64,000 bases of DNA from the human T2T-CHM13v2.0 reference genome, Homo sapiens: assembly GCF_009914755.1 (NCBI RefSeq), contig NC_060935.1; one strand, written 5' to 3'. The notes beneath the pieces were generated by a model. That model was not told the DNA's origin. It saw nothing but the letters and a program-made list of their open reading frames with translations, and made no database searches. This document shows positions 1-13,812 of this stretch, in pieces (position 1 is the stretch's first letter; each line of letters starts with the position of its first letter). The position numbers and the translations under genes were made by a program.

Positions 1-32
1 ACAATGCTTGGGAAAGAAACAGAATTGCTTCC

Positions 33-340
<308 letters not shown>

Positions 341-633
341 TGACCTATGAGAACAAAGCTTTGCCCTTTGGAATGCTGTATGCCCAAAGGTTCATAGAGT
401 ATTCAAAATGAAAATAATTTTTTAAAAGTTATAAAAGTAATAGTTGCTCATACGACAAATAAAAAAATGCAGAAAAGTGTAAAAAAGAAATTAACACTTC
501 TTTAAAACACCACTACCCAGATAAAACCATTAACATGATTTTCACCAATATTTTTCATACTTTTGCTCTGAATATATCATCATAAAAATGCAATGCTTTT
601 ATTTTACAAAAGATATGATTCTATGTATATATT

Positions 634-965
634 CTTTCTGTCTTTCTCACTTTCTTTCTACCTCTCTTTCTCTCTTTCTTTCTCACTTTCTTTCTTTCTT
701 GAAAGTCTTGCTCTGTCGCCCAGGCCAGAGTGCAGTGGTATGATCTTGGCTCACTGCAACTGCCGCCTCCTGGGTTCAAGTGATTCTCCTGTCTTGGCCT
801 CTGGAGTAGCTGGGATTATAGGCACCTGCCACCACACTTGGCTAATTGTTGTATTTTTAGTAGAGACAGGGTTTCACCATGTTGGTGAGGCTGGTCTCGA
901 ACTCCTGACCTCAGGTGATCCACCCGCCTCGGCCTCCCAAAGTGCTGGGATTACAGCACCTGGCC
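634..965 (-). mobile_element. Alu with CT-rich microsatellite tail
   Basis: Alu body at about 700-965; TSD-like tgattctat on both sides. Confidence 0.88.
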
Positions 966-1921
966 TGATTCTATAAATATGTATTTTCTGATCTGACTTC
1001 TTAAAAATAGAGGCCACACATCATTCCATGATCATTTCACGTCAACCTCTCCCTGCACTTAGCTCGGCTGTGCTCTGGGATTGGTGGCAGATCCCTCTGC
1101 TCTCCCCTCAATAACATGTGATGAGAATGAACAGGGTGAATGGGAGGTGGCTGAGGATCAGTCCATGAATCCTGCACCAGCTCAGGCTTAGGACAAGAGT
1201 ACAGAGCTTACCTGGTGCAGGCGGGCTCCCAAGGCTCAGTGCAAAAGACATGCACTGAGGAGTGCTTGGGCCACCCTGGCGATTCAGCGCTGGCGGGGAC
1301 CGGGCTGTGAAACCCAGTGGATGCTGTTTCATAGTGATGGCTCCATGAGTCACAGTAAGAGAAATGCGATCAGCCTCACAGTTTGGATGTATTCAGAGCA
1401 GGGCAAAGAAGTGAATCATTTAAAAACCCTCACTGGCACTGCCTTGGTTTTTCTTGTGAGTTTACTCTCTCCTGGGCCAAGTTTTTTTCTGCCTGGCCAG
1501 AGGCAGCTCTGAATCTGTCTCCTCTCCTCCTCTTTGAATACGGAATTCCCACAACTGCTCTCATTCTCCCAACCTGTAATTATGCATTCAGTTCAAGCAC
1601 GGGCAGGCTATGAATACTTTTCACTCAATTCTTGATGGAATTTATTCCGCGTGTCTCTGTGTTCATGACGGAATTGACAGTGGCTCCATCTGTTGTGTGC
1701 TCACCTTCCTGTCTCCACCCCGCTCACCAATCTGCACCTGCACCAGCCCTGAGGCAGCCCCAAAGCAGCTCCCTAATGTCTGGAGCCACGGCAGTGTCAA
1801 CCCACTGACCGAGGGGATAGCCTTCACGGGCTCCTCACCGTGTGGATAAATATGCTTTGGTTTGTTTGTTAAAAGATGAGTGATTTTACCTAGAAGTCCT
1901 ATGTTGCAGCCTGGCCCGAAG

Positions 1922-2220
1922 TTTCTTTTCTTTTTTTTTTTTTTTTTTGGAGACAGGGTCTCCCTCTGTTGCCCAGGCTAGAGTGCAGTGGCATGATCAT
2001 GGTTCACTGCAGCCTCAAACTCCTGAGATCAAGTGATCTCCCTGCCTCCGCCTTCTGAGTAGCTGGGACTACAAGCGTGAGTCACCATGCCTGACTTATT
2101 TTTTATTTTTTTGTACAGACAGGATCTCACTATGTTGCCCAGGCTGGTCTCGGTGCAAGTGATCCTTCTGCCTCAGCTTCCCAAAGTGCTGGGATTCCAG
2201 TGTGAGCCGCTCTGCCTGGC
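1922..2220 (-). mobile_element. AluJ-type SINE
   Basis: Diverged dimeric Alu, poly-T. Confidence 0.88.
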
Positions 2221-2338
2221 TGTCTCTCGGTTCATGACTCTCAAGTGTGGTTTCCTCCTGGAGAACAGCCCTCAGTCCTCCCCATTTCCTTTTGTTTCTC
2301 CTTTCCCCTCCCCGCTATCCTCAGGGGCTGTCCCTCAC

Positions 2339-2640
2339 CTTGGGCCTCTCCACTTCCTCCTCAGGTAGACAGCTGCCTTCTGAGCAGAGGTGCCCAGGCC
2401 CGCACGGCGTGCCGTCAGCCCAGGGCAGGCTGCCATTCTTCGTGTGGCACAGGGGCTCAGCCCCATCAGTGTGGCACCAAAGCTGGGCGCAGACGTCCTG
2501 AGCAGAGGTGTTGGGGCAGTGGCGGAAATCCGGCCCAAAGATCTGCCTGCACTGCTGGTCCAGCTGGTACAGGGCCATGCGGCCCGGGAGGCCTGTGGGG
2601 AGGGGCAGGGCCGCAGCAGGGGCATCCAGGAGACAGTCTC
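2339..2640 (-). CDS. ADAMTS8: ADAMTS8 exon 5 (disintegrin-like domain)
   Basis: ccag|DCLLDAP...QQCRQIFG...LWC...PWADGTPCG...EVERPK|gtgagg; 302 nt; downstream exons lie outside the window. Confidence 0.96.
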
Positions 2641-3118
2641 CTGGGAAAAGAGGAAGCAGGGGTGTAAGAACATGCACAGGGCTGCCGCCCTCTCAGCTCT
2701 TCATGGCCTGTGATGGATGGCACTGAAGGTCTAGGTGTCACGACTTCTTGACCTCCAACTAAAAGCTGTCACCACTTGATGATCTAGTGAGAGCATGCCT
2801 AATTTTTGACTATCAGTTGCAAACGCTCTTCAGGACCGACTTTCCTTTGCTGTCCTGAACATCTAGGAAGCATTGCCCCCGACATTCTGTGTACCCAGTG
2901 AATGCCAGCTAACACAATATTCATCCATATCACAACCTAACCGTGCTCCTGAAAGCCACAGCATGCAAATGAAGACCAAATAATGCTGTCTGGATCATCT
3001 TATTTTTGCATCATACATGTCCCTGTCTCCCTCAGTGAGAAGGATCTAGAATATTACTTTACCAACAATTCCAACCACTTAAAATTGTTTTTTCTTTAAT
3101 CCCCTCTTCTGAGAAGCA

Positions 3119-3579
<461 letters not shown>

Positions 3580-3970
3580 TCCAGTCCTTTGAACCAGCTC
3601 CCCGCCCTCTTGCTCTCACAGGACGCAGTCACTGCCTCTGTCACGCCTGAGCTGTTGTAGGTTCGTCTCTCCTCTGTGCTATGTGCTTCTATTCCTTCAA
3701 GCGCTGCTCAAACCCTCCTCCTTCAGACAACCTTCTCGGATGACTTCCCCCTGCCTTGTGACTAATCTAAATTAGCGCAGAACTCGGCTGCTGGAAGATG
3801 GGGCCAGAAGAGCAGACTTCGGGGGTGGTGTGAATGCCCCAGCGTGGGAGGCTGGCCGGGGACTCAGCTCTAAGGGCCCTGTGAGGAGGCACAGCTGGAG
3901 GGGGTCTCTGCGCCAGCACCAGTGGAAGGAGGCCCACGGGGACAAGTAGGGCGGGGCCGCCGGTGCCTAC

Positions 3971-4138
3971 CGTGCCCGCCGTCCAGAAGCTCTGTGAGAT
4001 ACATGGCGCTGCAGGGGGACCAGGGCAGCGTCTGGTTCAGGTGGACGAACAGCGGTGCCATCACGTGGTGCTTGCCCATGGGCCCGAAGAGCCGTGTGCA
4101 GGGCTTGGAGTCGTCGTGGGGCATGCTGAGGACGTGCC
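3971..4138 (-). CDS. ADAMTS8: ADAMTS8 exon 4
   Basis: ccag|GHVLSMPHDDSKPC...HVMAP (Met-turn)...WSPCSAMYLTELLDGGH-G|gtaggc; 168 nt; completes HELGHVLSMPHD. Confidence 0.96.
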
Positions 4139-4747
4139 CTGGGGAGAGAGGCCTGGTCCACTCCGCCCTGTCCTGCCTGAGGGCGCCCCACCTGGCCCAG
4201 CTAGGGACAGAGATGGAGCTCCTCAGGGGAGCAGCCACCCCCTCACTCTCCGAAGATTTCTGCGTAGAGCTTTCCCCTGCGCTTTGCTCTTCCAGGACGC
4301 GTTCTCAGATGACTAAGAAACACGGATACCCCTTTATTTTCTGCCTCAGCCCGTCCTGAATTTGGATCTAGCTCTGTTATTTGCCCTCTCACATGACAGT
4401 CCCTGGACCATTGTTCTTCCCCCAGATCCCACGGCTTAGCTTGTGCACAGCTCCACGCCTCCACCCCAGCACGTGTCTGGTGTCCTGTGTCCTGGCATTT
4501 GCCCGGTGACCTGTGATAATCGTGTGGGATGCTGCTTTTGTATTTTGGCCATGTGCTCGGGGTGGGAGCGGAGTTGTGTTCAGCACTGTCAAGCGCGGTA
4601 TCTGTTTGTATACAGTCACCCTGTCAAAATTAGGAGGAGCTATTCCTAAGCAAGGGCCGCATATTCCTTAGGATCTACGCAACCTTGGATCTGGAAGAGC
4701 AGTTCCCTCCGATGTGGTGAAGTGGGCTTTGGCACAGCAAATCTTAC

Positions 4748-4883
4748 CTAGTTCATGGGCCAGGGTGTGGGCCGCCTGGAGCCCCTCATCCTCGATCACG
4801 GAGCAGCTTTTGTTGGGGTCACAAATGGTCCCGATGTCTGCCACACCCAGGGTGTCACACAGCCCCTCCTGCCCACAGAAGTT
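4748..4883 (-). CDS. ADAMTS8: ADAMTS8 exon 3
   Basis: gcag|[46 protein letters not shown]|gtaaga; 136 nt; first half of the zinc motif. Confidence 0.96.
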
Positions 4884-5046
4884 CTGCGTGGCGGGGAGAG
4901 AGCAAGAGAGTGCATCAGTGTGTGTGTGGGGTGCGCTGCAGGCCTGCAGGGCCGGGTGTGGCCAGCGTGCACGTGGGAGTGGACCACTGAGCGTCCCATA
5001 ACATGTTTGCTGGCCTGTGCATCACCTGCATTTATTGAGCTTTTAA

Positions 5047-5364
<318 letters not shown>

Positions 5365-5377
5365 TAAATTAAACTTT

Positions 5378-5533
5378 AGAGGCGAGGTCTGGCTATGTTG
5401 CCCAGGCTGGAATGCAGTGGCTATTCACAGGAGTAATTGTAGCTCACTTAGCCTCAAACTCCTGGGCACAAGTGATTCTCTCACCTCAGCCTCCCAAGTA
5501 GCTGGGACTACAGCCGCTTGCCATGTGCCTGGC
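5378..5533 (-). mobile_element. FAM (fossil Alu monomer)
   Basis: Single monomer retaining the 7SL-derived CCTGTGAATAGCCACTGCA segment. Confidence 0.75.
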
Positions 5534-5710
5534 TGACCTTTTTTAAGGAGGAAGACGCAACAGCAGTTTCAACGTGTCTGGATATCCCACCTAGTGGCCT
5601 CGCTTTATTGGTTCTTTTTGTGTTTATGGTCAAGCCAGTTCACCCGTCCCCCATCTTTCTAAATTGGAGAGTAACCTGTGAAATTTCCTTTTGTTAAAAA
5701 ATAAAAACAG

Positions 5711-6008
5711 TCTGTAATCTCAGCATTTTGAGAGGACGAGGCAGGTAGATTGCTTGAGTCCAGGAGCTGGAGACAAGGCTGGGCAATATAGTGAAACCCC
5801 ATTCCTACAAAAAGCAAAAAAAAAAAAAAAAAAAAAAAAAATTTAGCTGGGCAAGGTGCTTGCGCTTGTCATCTCAGCTACTCAGGAGGCTGAGGTGGGT
5901 GGATCATTTGGACCTAGCAGGCAGAGGCTGCAGTGAGCTGTGATTGTGCCATTGAACTCCAGCCTGGGTGACAGAGCGAGACCTTGTCTCAAACAAAACA
6001 AAACAAAA
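5711..6008 (+). mobile_element. AluJ-type SINE, 5'-truncated, expanded middle A-tract
   Basis: Alu consensus; (AAAAC)n tail. Confidence 0.85.
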
Positions 6009-6132
6009 TTAAAAACCAAAAAGAATATAAAATACAAAGGCTATCAAGATGGATTTCTGAGTGACAAGATCGGGAAATCTCTGTCTGTCTTCACATCAGC
6101 CATTCATGTAAGGGAGCCTGTTCTATGTTACA

Positions 6133-6192
6133 GGCTGGCTGTATCCTAGGGCTGGCTGCATCCTAGGGCTGGCTGCATCCTAGGGCTGGCTG
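6133..6192. repeat. 17-bp tandem repeat GGCTGGCTGCATCCTAG, about 3.5 copies
   Basis: Direct reading. Confidence 0.9.
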
Positions 6193-6865
6193 GGACTTCA
6201 AAGGCTTTTTGTGGGGACAGGACAGCACAGTCATTCAGAACATGACTCTACAGCAGCACTGTCTTGGCTGGACTATGGGCGCTGCCGCTATGTGGCACGA
6301 GAGCTGTGTGGCCACTCTGTGCCTCAGTTTTCTCTGTTACAAAATGGGGATAACACCAGGGCCTGCCCGATGGGGCCCTTATGAGACTGAAGGAGCAGAC
6401 AGGGCCTGGCACACAGGATCGCTCTCTTGCTTTCAGGAAGCTGTCTGTTTAAGTCATGCCGTGTAGGTGGGCAGCCCTCCTGCTGTGGGCAGATCTTGAG
6501 GGGACCCCCTGGCTACCTGCCCCTGTGTTTTACAACCACTGCAGCTAGAACTACTCTCTTCATTCCAAGCCCAGATCTCTCACTGGGCAGCTTGAGCCCA
6601 TTTCTTCTTGTTATGTGTGACCTCAGGAGACAGCTGGTCACAAACTTTTGGAAGAGAGCCCTTACAAGATTCTTCTCCTTCCCTTGCAAATACCTCACAC
6701 TTGTCCTCATGACCTCCTCCTCATCATTCTGGGCATGAGGCTCTGGCGTCCAGCTGGGGCCAGCAGGGAGACGTTTCCCATGTTTGGGCAGGCCTCGTGG
6801 TCCTCCCTTTGATCTGCCCATCCTGTCTCCCTTCCTCCCCAGGGCTTCCGGAGCCAGGCACGGAC

Positions 6866-7105
6866 CTGTCTGGTGAGCAGGATGGCCGTGTCGTAGTGCT
6901 CTGGGTGGCGGTCGCTGGGCTGGTTGAAACGCCGCTGCCAGTTGCAGAAGTTACGCAGTGTAAGCCCCCCATTGTCGGACACCTCTGGGCCCCATTTTTC
7001 ATCTTCTACGATCAGCACTTTTACCACCATCAGGTTGATGGAATTCTTGATGCTGGGGTGCTTGTAGATTCGGGCTGCCACAGACATTAACGTCAGGATG
7101 TGGTT
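6866..7105 (-). CDS. ADAMTS8: ADAMTS8 exon 2 (metalloprotease domain)
   Basis: acag|[19 protein letters not shown]...[10 protein letters not shown]|gtccgt; 240 nt, phase 0-0. Confidence 0.96.
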
Positions 7106-7224
7106 CTGTCAGGAAGGAGGAGACAAGAGGCGGAGTGAAGGGTTAAGTCTCAGGGCCCTTGGCCTGGCCTGTCCGCTGCCATCACCTCTTGTTATGGGGC
7201 TGAGCATCAGATTCCTACCAAAGC

Positions 7225-7360
7225 CTCACAATACCCCCGAGGTCTCCGTGTTACTCCCTTCATTTTGCATGTGAGAAAACAGGCTCAAGAACCTGCACGA
7301 GGTCACAAAGCTGATGCATGAACAGTGGTCTTTGAACCCAGACCTGCCTTGCTCCGAACT
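7225..7360. mobile_element. MIR fragment
   Basis: cattttgcatgtgagaaaacaggctca...ggtcaca...tttgaacccag MIR core. Confidence 0.6.
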
Positions 7361-7369
7361 TGTGTGTCT

Positions 7370-7536
7370 AACATCCAGGACAGCTTCAGGGGACGACCTA
7401 AATCCAAATTCATTAAAATCCAAAACCTTAAACTTATAGCGTGGCACAGGCCACATTTCTAGTGCTTCAATAGTCATATATGGCTCGTGGCTACTGCACT
7501 GGAATGTGCAGATACAAAGTTCTACCGGACGGCATG
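7370..7536 (-). mobile_element. MER3-like hAT-Charlie DNA transposon
   Basis: ccacatttctagtgcttcaatagtcatatatggctcgtggctact resembles the recalled MER3 consensus. Confidence 0.6.
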
Positions 7537-9970
7537 GCTTATTCTGCCTTAATCCTGACACCGTCTCCTTGCCAACCACCCCCACCCGTCCCCGGCCTCA
7601 GCCCAGAAGCAAAGTTCTGAGCGCTCAAGGTTAGTAGAATTCCCTCTTAGAATCCAGCTGAACATTTTCCTGTTGTCTATTGGGGTAACTCTACTCTTTC
7701 GGGGGGGATTTGTTAACACTGAAAACTTTGCTGTGATAATCACTCCTAACAACAGCTACTCTGCCACAGTACCTCATTCAATTCTCACAATAACTCTGTG
7801 AAGAAGGTGCTGTAATTCCATTTCACGAATGAGGAAGGTCATGCAAATTAACCTGTTGAAGGTCACGCAGCTATTGAAACCAGGAGGCCAGCCCAGGTGT
7901 GCCTGTCTCTGAGGTCCACCATGCTCTCATTAGGTTTCCCCGGGCGTGGCTTCCTGGTGTCTGCCTGGACAGCCCCGAAGGGTTCGTTCCCTCCTGACTG
8001 GGGCTTGAGAGGATCCCGTGGGCCTAAGAGGACCCATGTGCTTGGGATCTCACCTGCTCTCCCTTCCACCCAGGCTGGCCAACAGAGCATACATCACTGC
8101 TTGGCCTCTGTCTTGTCCCTGGGCTGCCAACTGCTCCCCTGCTGGATTCCAAGGCTTGGAGAGAAGGCCAGATGGGAACTCGCTCTCCTGCCTCAGCGAC
8201 CCCTTGAAGTGGCCCTCTTTGAGCATTTTGTGGAAGAGGAGACACAGAGGCAGAGGTGGGTGTTCCTTGAGCCTGGAGTGTGGTCAGTTGGGCAGCACCT
8301 GCTTGCCCTGCCTCTCCGATCCCTAGATCACCACCTCTTGGGATCCCCTCTTCCTCTCCTCCTGTGGTCTGGAAGGTGGGAGTGGAAGGAGGAGAAAGGA
8401 AAGGGTAGAGAGGGACATTCCATCGGGTGAGGCCATGTGTGGGCGTTCCAGATGAATCCCATTATTTGTGAATGGGATCTGTCTGTTCACCTCACAGGCA
8501 ATGAGCCAGGTATTTTGTTAGCCCTACAAGCAGGGGTTGGCAGGTTACTTGGCGTGTCAAGCACTCCAGCAATGTTTAGGCTGATGTAAACATCTTATCA
8601 ACAAGGCTGAAACTTGGCACTTGCTCCTGGAGTTGGATTCTGGAGGGACAAAAAGCAATCACATCATTATGCAACCGGGGGTGAGCGCTGAGGAATGGTG
8701 GCTTGCCGAGATGAACTCCTGGCCGGGTCTTTGCTGCTTCCAGGAGGCCAACAGTATCCTGATCTCTCTAAGAAGGACCAGGGTCTGATGGGCCAGGGAC
8801 CAACCCCTGGAATTTCTTCTGAGGCAAACTGCAACCGTCATCACAAGATTTCTTCCCGCTGAGTCCCAGTTTCACAATCTCAAAATGGGGAAGATGAGGT
8901 CGCACAAGGAAGGTGTAAAGCTAAGGAACACCAGCTGCTAAGCTTCGGGGCCGAGACAGCTCAGCACAAGGAGCTAAAGACAGGAGGTTGGGGCAAGTCT
9001 GTGTGCCCACGTTGAGCAGATCGGAGGGAGGCTGAGTGAGAGATGAGGCAGTGCTCACATCCTCAGTGAAGACCGGAGGAAGGTGAGGGTTAACCCCTGA
9101 TTTTCATGCAGAATAAACTGCTGCTTGAAGATCAGGGCAAGACAGCACAAGGAGCTTCCCGGCCCTAAGGTTCCCAGGGAGCCTCCTTCTCTACAGCTCA
9201 TATCATTGTCTTCTCCAGACAGTGCATAGCTGTCAGGCAGGGCCGGCTTCAGAGCCATTTAGCTTCGAGGGGTGGGCTGGACTTGAGGACATCTGAAGGT
9301 CCTTCTGGCCGCTGTCTCAGAAGATACTTTTCATTTTCAAGAAGGCTAGGAGGATTCTGTGGTCCAGTGTTCCCTTCAAAATCCCAGATCCCGATCCCAC
9401 TGATCTCTCCTTATCTCTTGTTCTACTGAGTTTTTGGTTTTCCCCTCCCAGTCCGCTCTTCTGAGAAATGACCAGAGGAATGCCTTATATATGCGGTGCG
9501 TCTCACAGTTCCCTACGGAGAAGGACCACTGAGCCTGGGTGAGGTGGGGGACCTCAGGGCTGTGAGCCTTTGATTCTCCCCCAATATCCTGGGTTCAAAG
9601 GACAGGCCTGACTGAGAGTCCTGTGGGGATCAGGCCTGCGGCTGGTCAAGGAGGAAGTCAGATGGCTTGCTCCACCACCTGGTGCCGATTTACACCTCCC
9701 TGCTCCCCACACCAATGCAAGCTGCATGTGAAGAATGTGAACGGGGTCCTGGCCCCCCTGAGGAGCAGAGGCATCAGCAGAGCAGCCGCCCCCCAAACCA
9801 CGGCAGGTAGGTGGGAGCCCACGGTCAGCCCAGCCAGGGTGGTCAAACAACCTGCTCTTGAATGACTTGGGGATCCCATACTCTTCACTTTTGTTAGGGA
9901 GAGGCGGCACTTTTTAGGGAGTCTGCTCGTGCATGAGTGACCCCAGGACCTGGAGTAGAGATGAACATCA

Positions 9971-10100
9971 GGCCAGTCAGGGTGGCTCATGTCTGTAACC
10001 CCAGCACTTTGGAAGGCCAAGGTGGGAGAATCACTTGAGACCAGCCTGGGAAACATAGTGAGATCCTGTCTCTATTAAAAAAAAATGAATTAAAAAAAAA
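9971..10100 (+). mobile_element. Alu left monomer (FLAM-like)
   Basis: Single arm plus A-tail. Confidence 0.8.
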
Positions 10101-13100
10101 TAACAACACCCTGGCCAGTTGGGTGGGCCAGAGCCCCTTTTGGTTCTTTGAGATACGAACAAGGAGATTCCTTCCTCAGAGCTTCTGTGGTAGCCGAAGC
10201 CAGCTGCGGTGGGTGATGGGGACGGGCCGGCCTCCTCCCGCCCCGATGTCATCATTACATCCAGCCGGTTTGCGCTTCACCGGTGGCTCCACAGCTTTCC
10301 CTTGCAGCGCGCCTGGGGGGAGGTCAGGTGAGGAAAAGTGGCCCCGGGAAGCTCTTGCATTCCCTCTTCCTATCTGACGTCTCTAGGGCCTGAGACTGAG
10401 CTGGGGGTGTGGAGATGGAGAAGCAAAGCGAGAGGAAAGAAGTGAGAGGAGAAAAGAGCAACCTGCATCATATGCTTCATCTCCTCTTGTTCTGCAAGCA
10501 GCAAAGAGCAATGTTGTCCCTTGAAAGCATACGCTGACGCTGAACTACAAGTCAGCCTTCACCACTGAGCATGGGCAACTGAAAGAGAAGGTTCCTCTGC
10601 CATGTGGAACAGCAAAGCTGAAACAGCGGTGGCCGGCACTCTGATGGCATGGCCCAGCCCATCCTCCCCACTCTAACAAATGGTTTCCATCACCGAAGGC
10701 AACTCTAGTAATAGCCATGCCTTGCTGAGTATGTCGTCTGGACCAGGCACCAGGTCAGGTGCGTTCCATATTTTCTTACATCCTCAAGACAAGGCTAGGA
10801 CATTGGTATAACTGCTCCTACCTGAAATAATCGAGGTACACAGAAATAGGTGACTTGCTCAAGGACACTACATTATTTCGATTTCATTCCAAAGTTTGTG
10901 TTCTTAGTCTCTGTACTAACTGCCACCCATCTTTGCTGCTGTAAGGAAAACTGCAGCCTAGCCAAAGTGAACCCAAGGCTTGCAAGCAGCAAGTCCGCCT
11001 GTCATTGCCTATGCACACCCCACCTCCTGGGAGATGGGGAAGGGGCGATCTTTGGACACTGAGACATTTTCTTTGGGAAATACTCCATATCTTTGATCAT
11101 TCTGACTGCAGCAGACATAAGGGATGGAAAAGATGCATTCTTTTGCCAATGGGAAGGACATCACGCACATATAACACTTGTCTTTCTCCCTGGTAGCCAC
11201 AGAGCAGGGGGGGGCATGAATCTGTTTCTGTTGTCATCCAAACCAGGACACCCTTGAGAGGGAAAGACGGTAGTATTAATAATTATGCCAGAACAGGCAG
11301 AAACTGGGATGCTGCTGGACAACCTAGGCTGCATGCCCACTTTAGTGTCTTGTGGAAGACATTTTCCCCACAGCATGCAGGTAAGGGGGCATGGAGATGG
11401 CTGTGACAGCCGTCCCTGAAGTCAGTCCCCAGAATCTGACCTCCTGCGAGTGTTCTGCTGGACTTTGGGAAGATGAGCGCCACTTTTCGGACCCTCTCTG
11501 CTAAGAAGAGGACTCGAAAACTCTGCTCACTGCAGAAGCACTGGCGGGACAGGCGTCCCAGGCTGGCGAGAGTGGGCACTGCCATGCTGCCCCTCACTCC
11601 ATCTCGCCCCGGGTTCACACAGGGGACACTGAGCAGCAGCTGGACGTAGACAGAGCTAATGGAGTCTTCCCAGGTGGTCCCTCCTTTCAGAAAGGCCCCT
11701 CTGTCTGAGCTCCTTAACTCTGAAACCAGATAAGAAGGTGGGAGACAGGGGCCCCTTTTCTCATGGGATTAAATGAACTCAATTGACAGAGCTCTGGAAA
11801 ACTTCATTGTCACGTAACATAGTGAGACCAGCTTTGGCAGTGGTGCGTTCTTTCTCTCAGCCTCCACGGCGGTTTCTTTGCAGGATAGGGCCTCACAGTG
11901 GGCCTGGACGGCTTTGAACTGCTGGATTTAAAGACCCACTCCCACAACATAAGCAAGTATCAGAGGGTCGACAGAGCCACAGACCCTAGTCCTGAGAAAG
12001 AGGCCGCCTGGTGGGATAACAGTGCACAGGATTCAGCTTTGGGAGACTTGGTCTGCAGGCCCAGCCCTGCCACTTACTGATCCTGATCGGTGCTGTCTGA
12101 TCCTGAGGAAGCCACATGTCCTCTGTGAGCTGTGCAGTCTCCCTCTGCCCCCCTCACTGGTATTTTCATGGAGGTGATGTGTGTAAAACCACGCTGTGAA
12201 TTGAACACGCTCAGAGAGTGGCTAAACCTTCCAGAAGACTGGCTCATCATGAAGCAGCCACACAGGTGCTCAGACCGGGATTGATCACCTAGTCCAGGTG
12301 TCCTGCTTCACAGATGAGGAACTCTAAGCCCTAGAGAGGTAAAGGCTCTTCTCATCCTCCACACCCCTGATTACCAAGAGTAATCACCCCAGAGTGCCTT
12401 CCCTCTGTGTGAATGAGGTCTCCACATAAAGGACTGGCTTCCATTTGCAGGAGGTGGGTGTGGGCAGCCAAGGTCTTGAGGCACGGGAACTTGATTTTCA
12501 TTCTTCTCTCAGCTGGGCTCATGGATCTGTTTTCGGAAGCGCAGGGGACTGAGCTGAGACAGTCACGCCTGTCCTGCAGCATCTCCAAGGCTGGTCAGCT
12601 CATCATAGCACAGGGGCCCGAGGGTGGTCCTGGACACAGCTGTACCTCAGTCCCTCCCCCACCCGCCACGGTGGCAGCAGGAGCACAGGTGGGATGGGAC
12701 ATGAGACCCAGGGTGGAGGTGGCGGGGCTAGTCTCCCTGAGGGAAGACTTTTCTTCCAGGTGAGACTCAGAAGTCAACCCCCTAGGGAGAGGAACTCAGC
12801 CTTCAGAGGTGCCCGATGCCTGTTTTGCTGCGCTCTCCTGGTCCAGGTGGGCTGGCTGGGTGTGCAGGTGCCAATGTGCAGCTGGGAAAGGTCCAGAAAT
12901 GCGTGTTTGTGGGGGATGGGGAGCGGGGCAAGCAGGAGCCACATCGCCCGGTCAGGAGTCTCATGAGGATGGCAATGCCTGGGTGTCTCTGACACAGAGA
13001 AAGCCGAATTGTCTGGGGCAGCAGACCTGAACTTTAAGCTGAAGGGAACAAAATCGGGTGCAAACCCAAGCAGAGTCTCCTGCTTCAGCAGCCCGGGCAT

Positions 13101-13350
13101 CCTGGGGTCGGGCCTCAGAGCATGTCTGCCTCTAGATAGCTAGGATGTCTGGAGATGCGAGTATGTCCCTGAGGCAAATACTCAGTTATCTCCAGCGTCC
13201 AGGTGATCAGCTGAGAGAGTGAGACAGTCTGGCCCTGAAGGCTGAAAAATGGACTTTCTCTGCTGGCACGGAGTTCTCTTGGCTTTCCTATGTTTTGGTT
13301 CTTAGGTAGATGTCAGAATCTGTTCCATGTGTGGGGGTAGAGGGGTGTAG

Positions 13351-13812
<462 letters not shown>

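Noticed and set aside
1206-1215. Consensus donor CAG|GTAAGC on the - strand in ADAMTS8 intron 5
   Set aside because: No convincing paired acceptor or ADAMTS-like frame found; such matches are common
1346-1352. Scattered AP-1 TGAGTCA sites (also 14474, ~29618, ~39221, ~42805)
   Set aside because: Frequency is close to chance for a 7-mer in 64 kb
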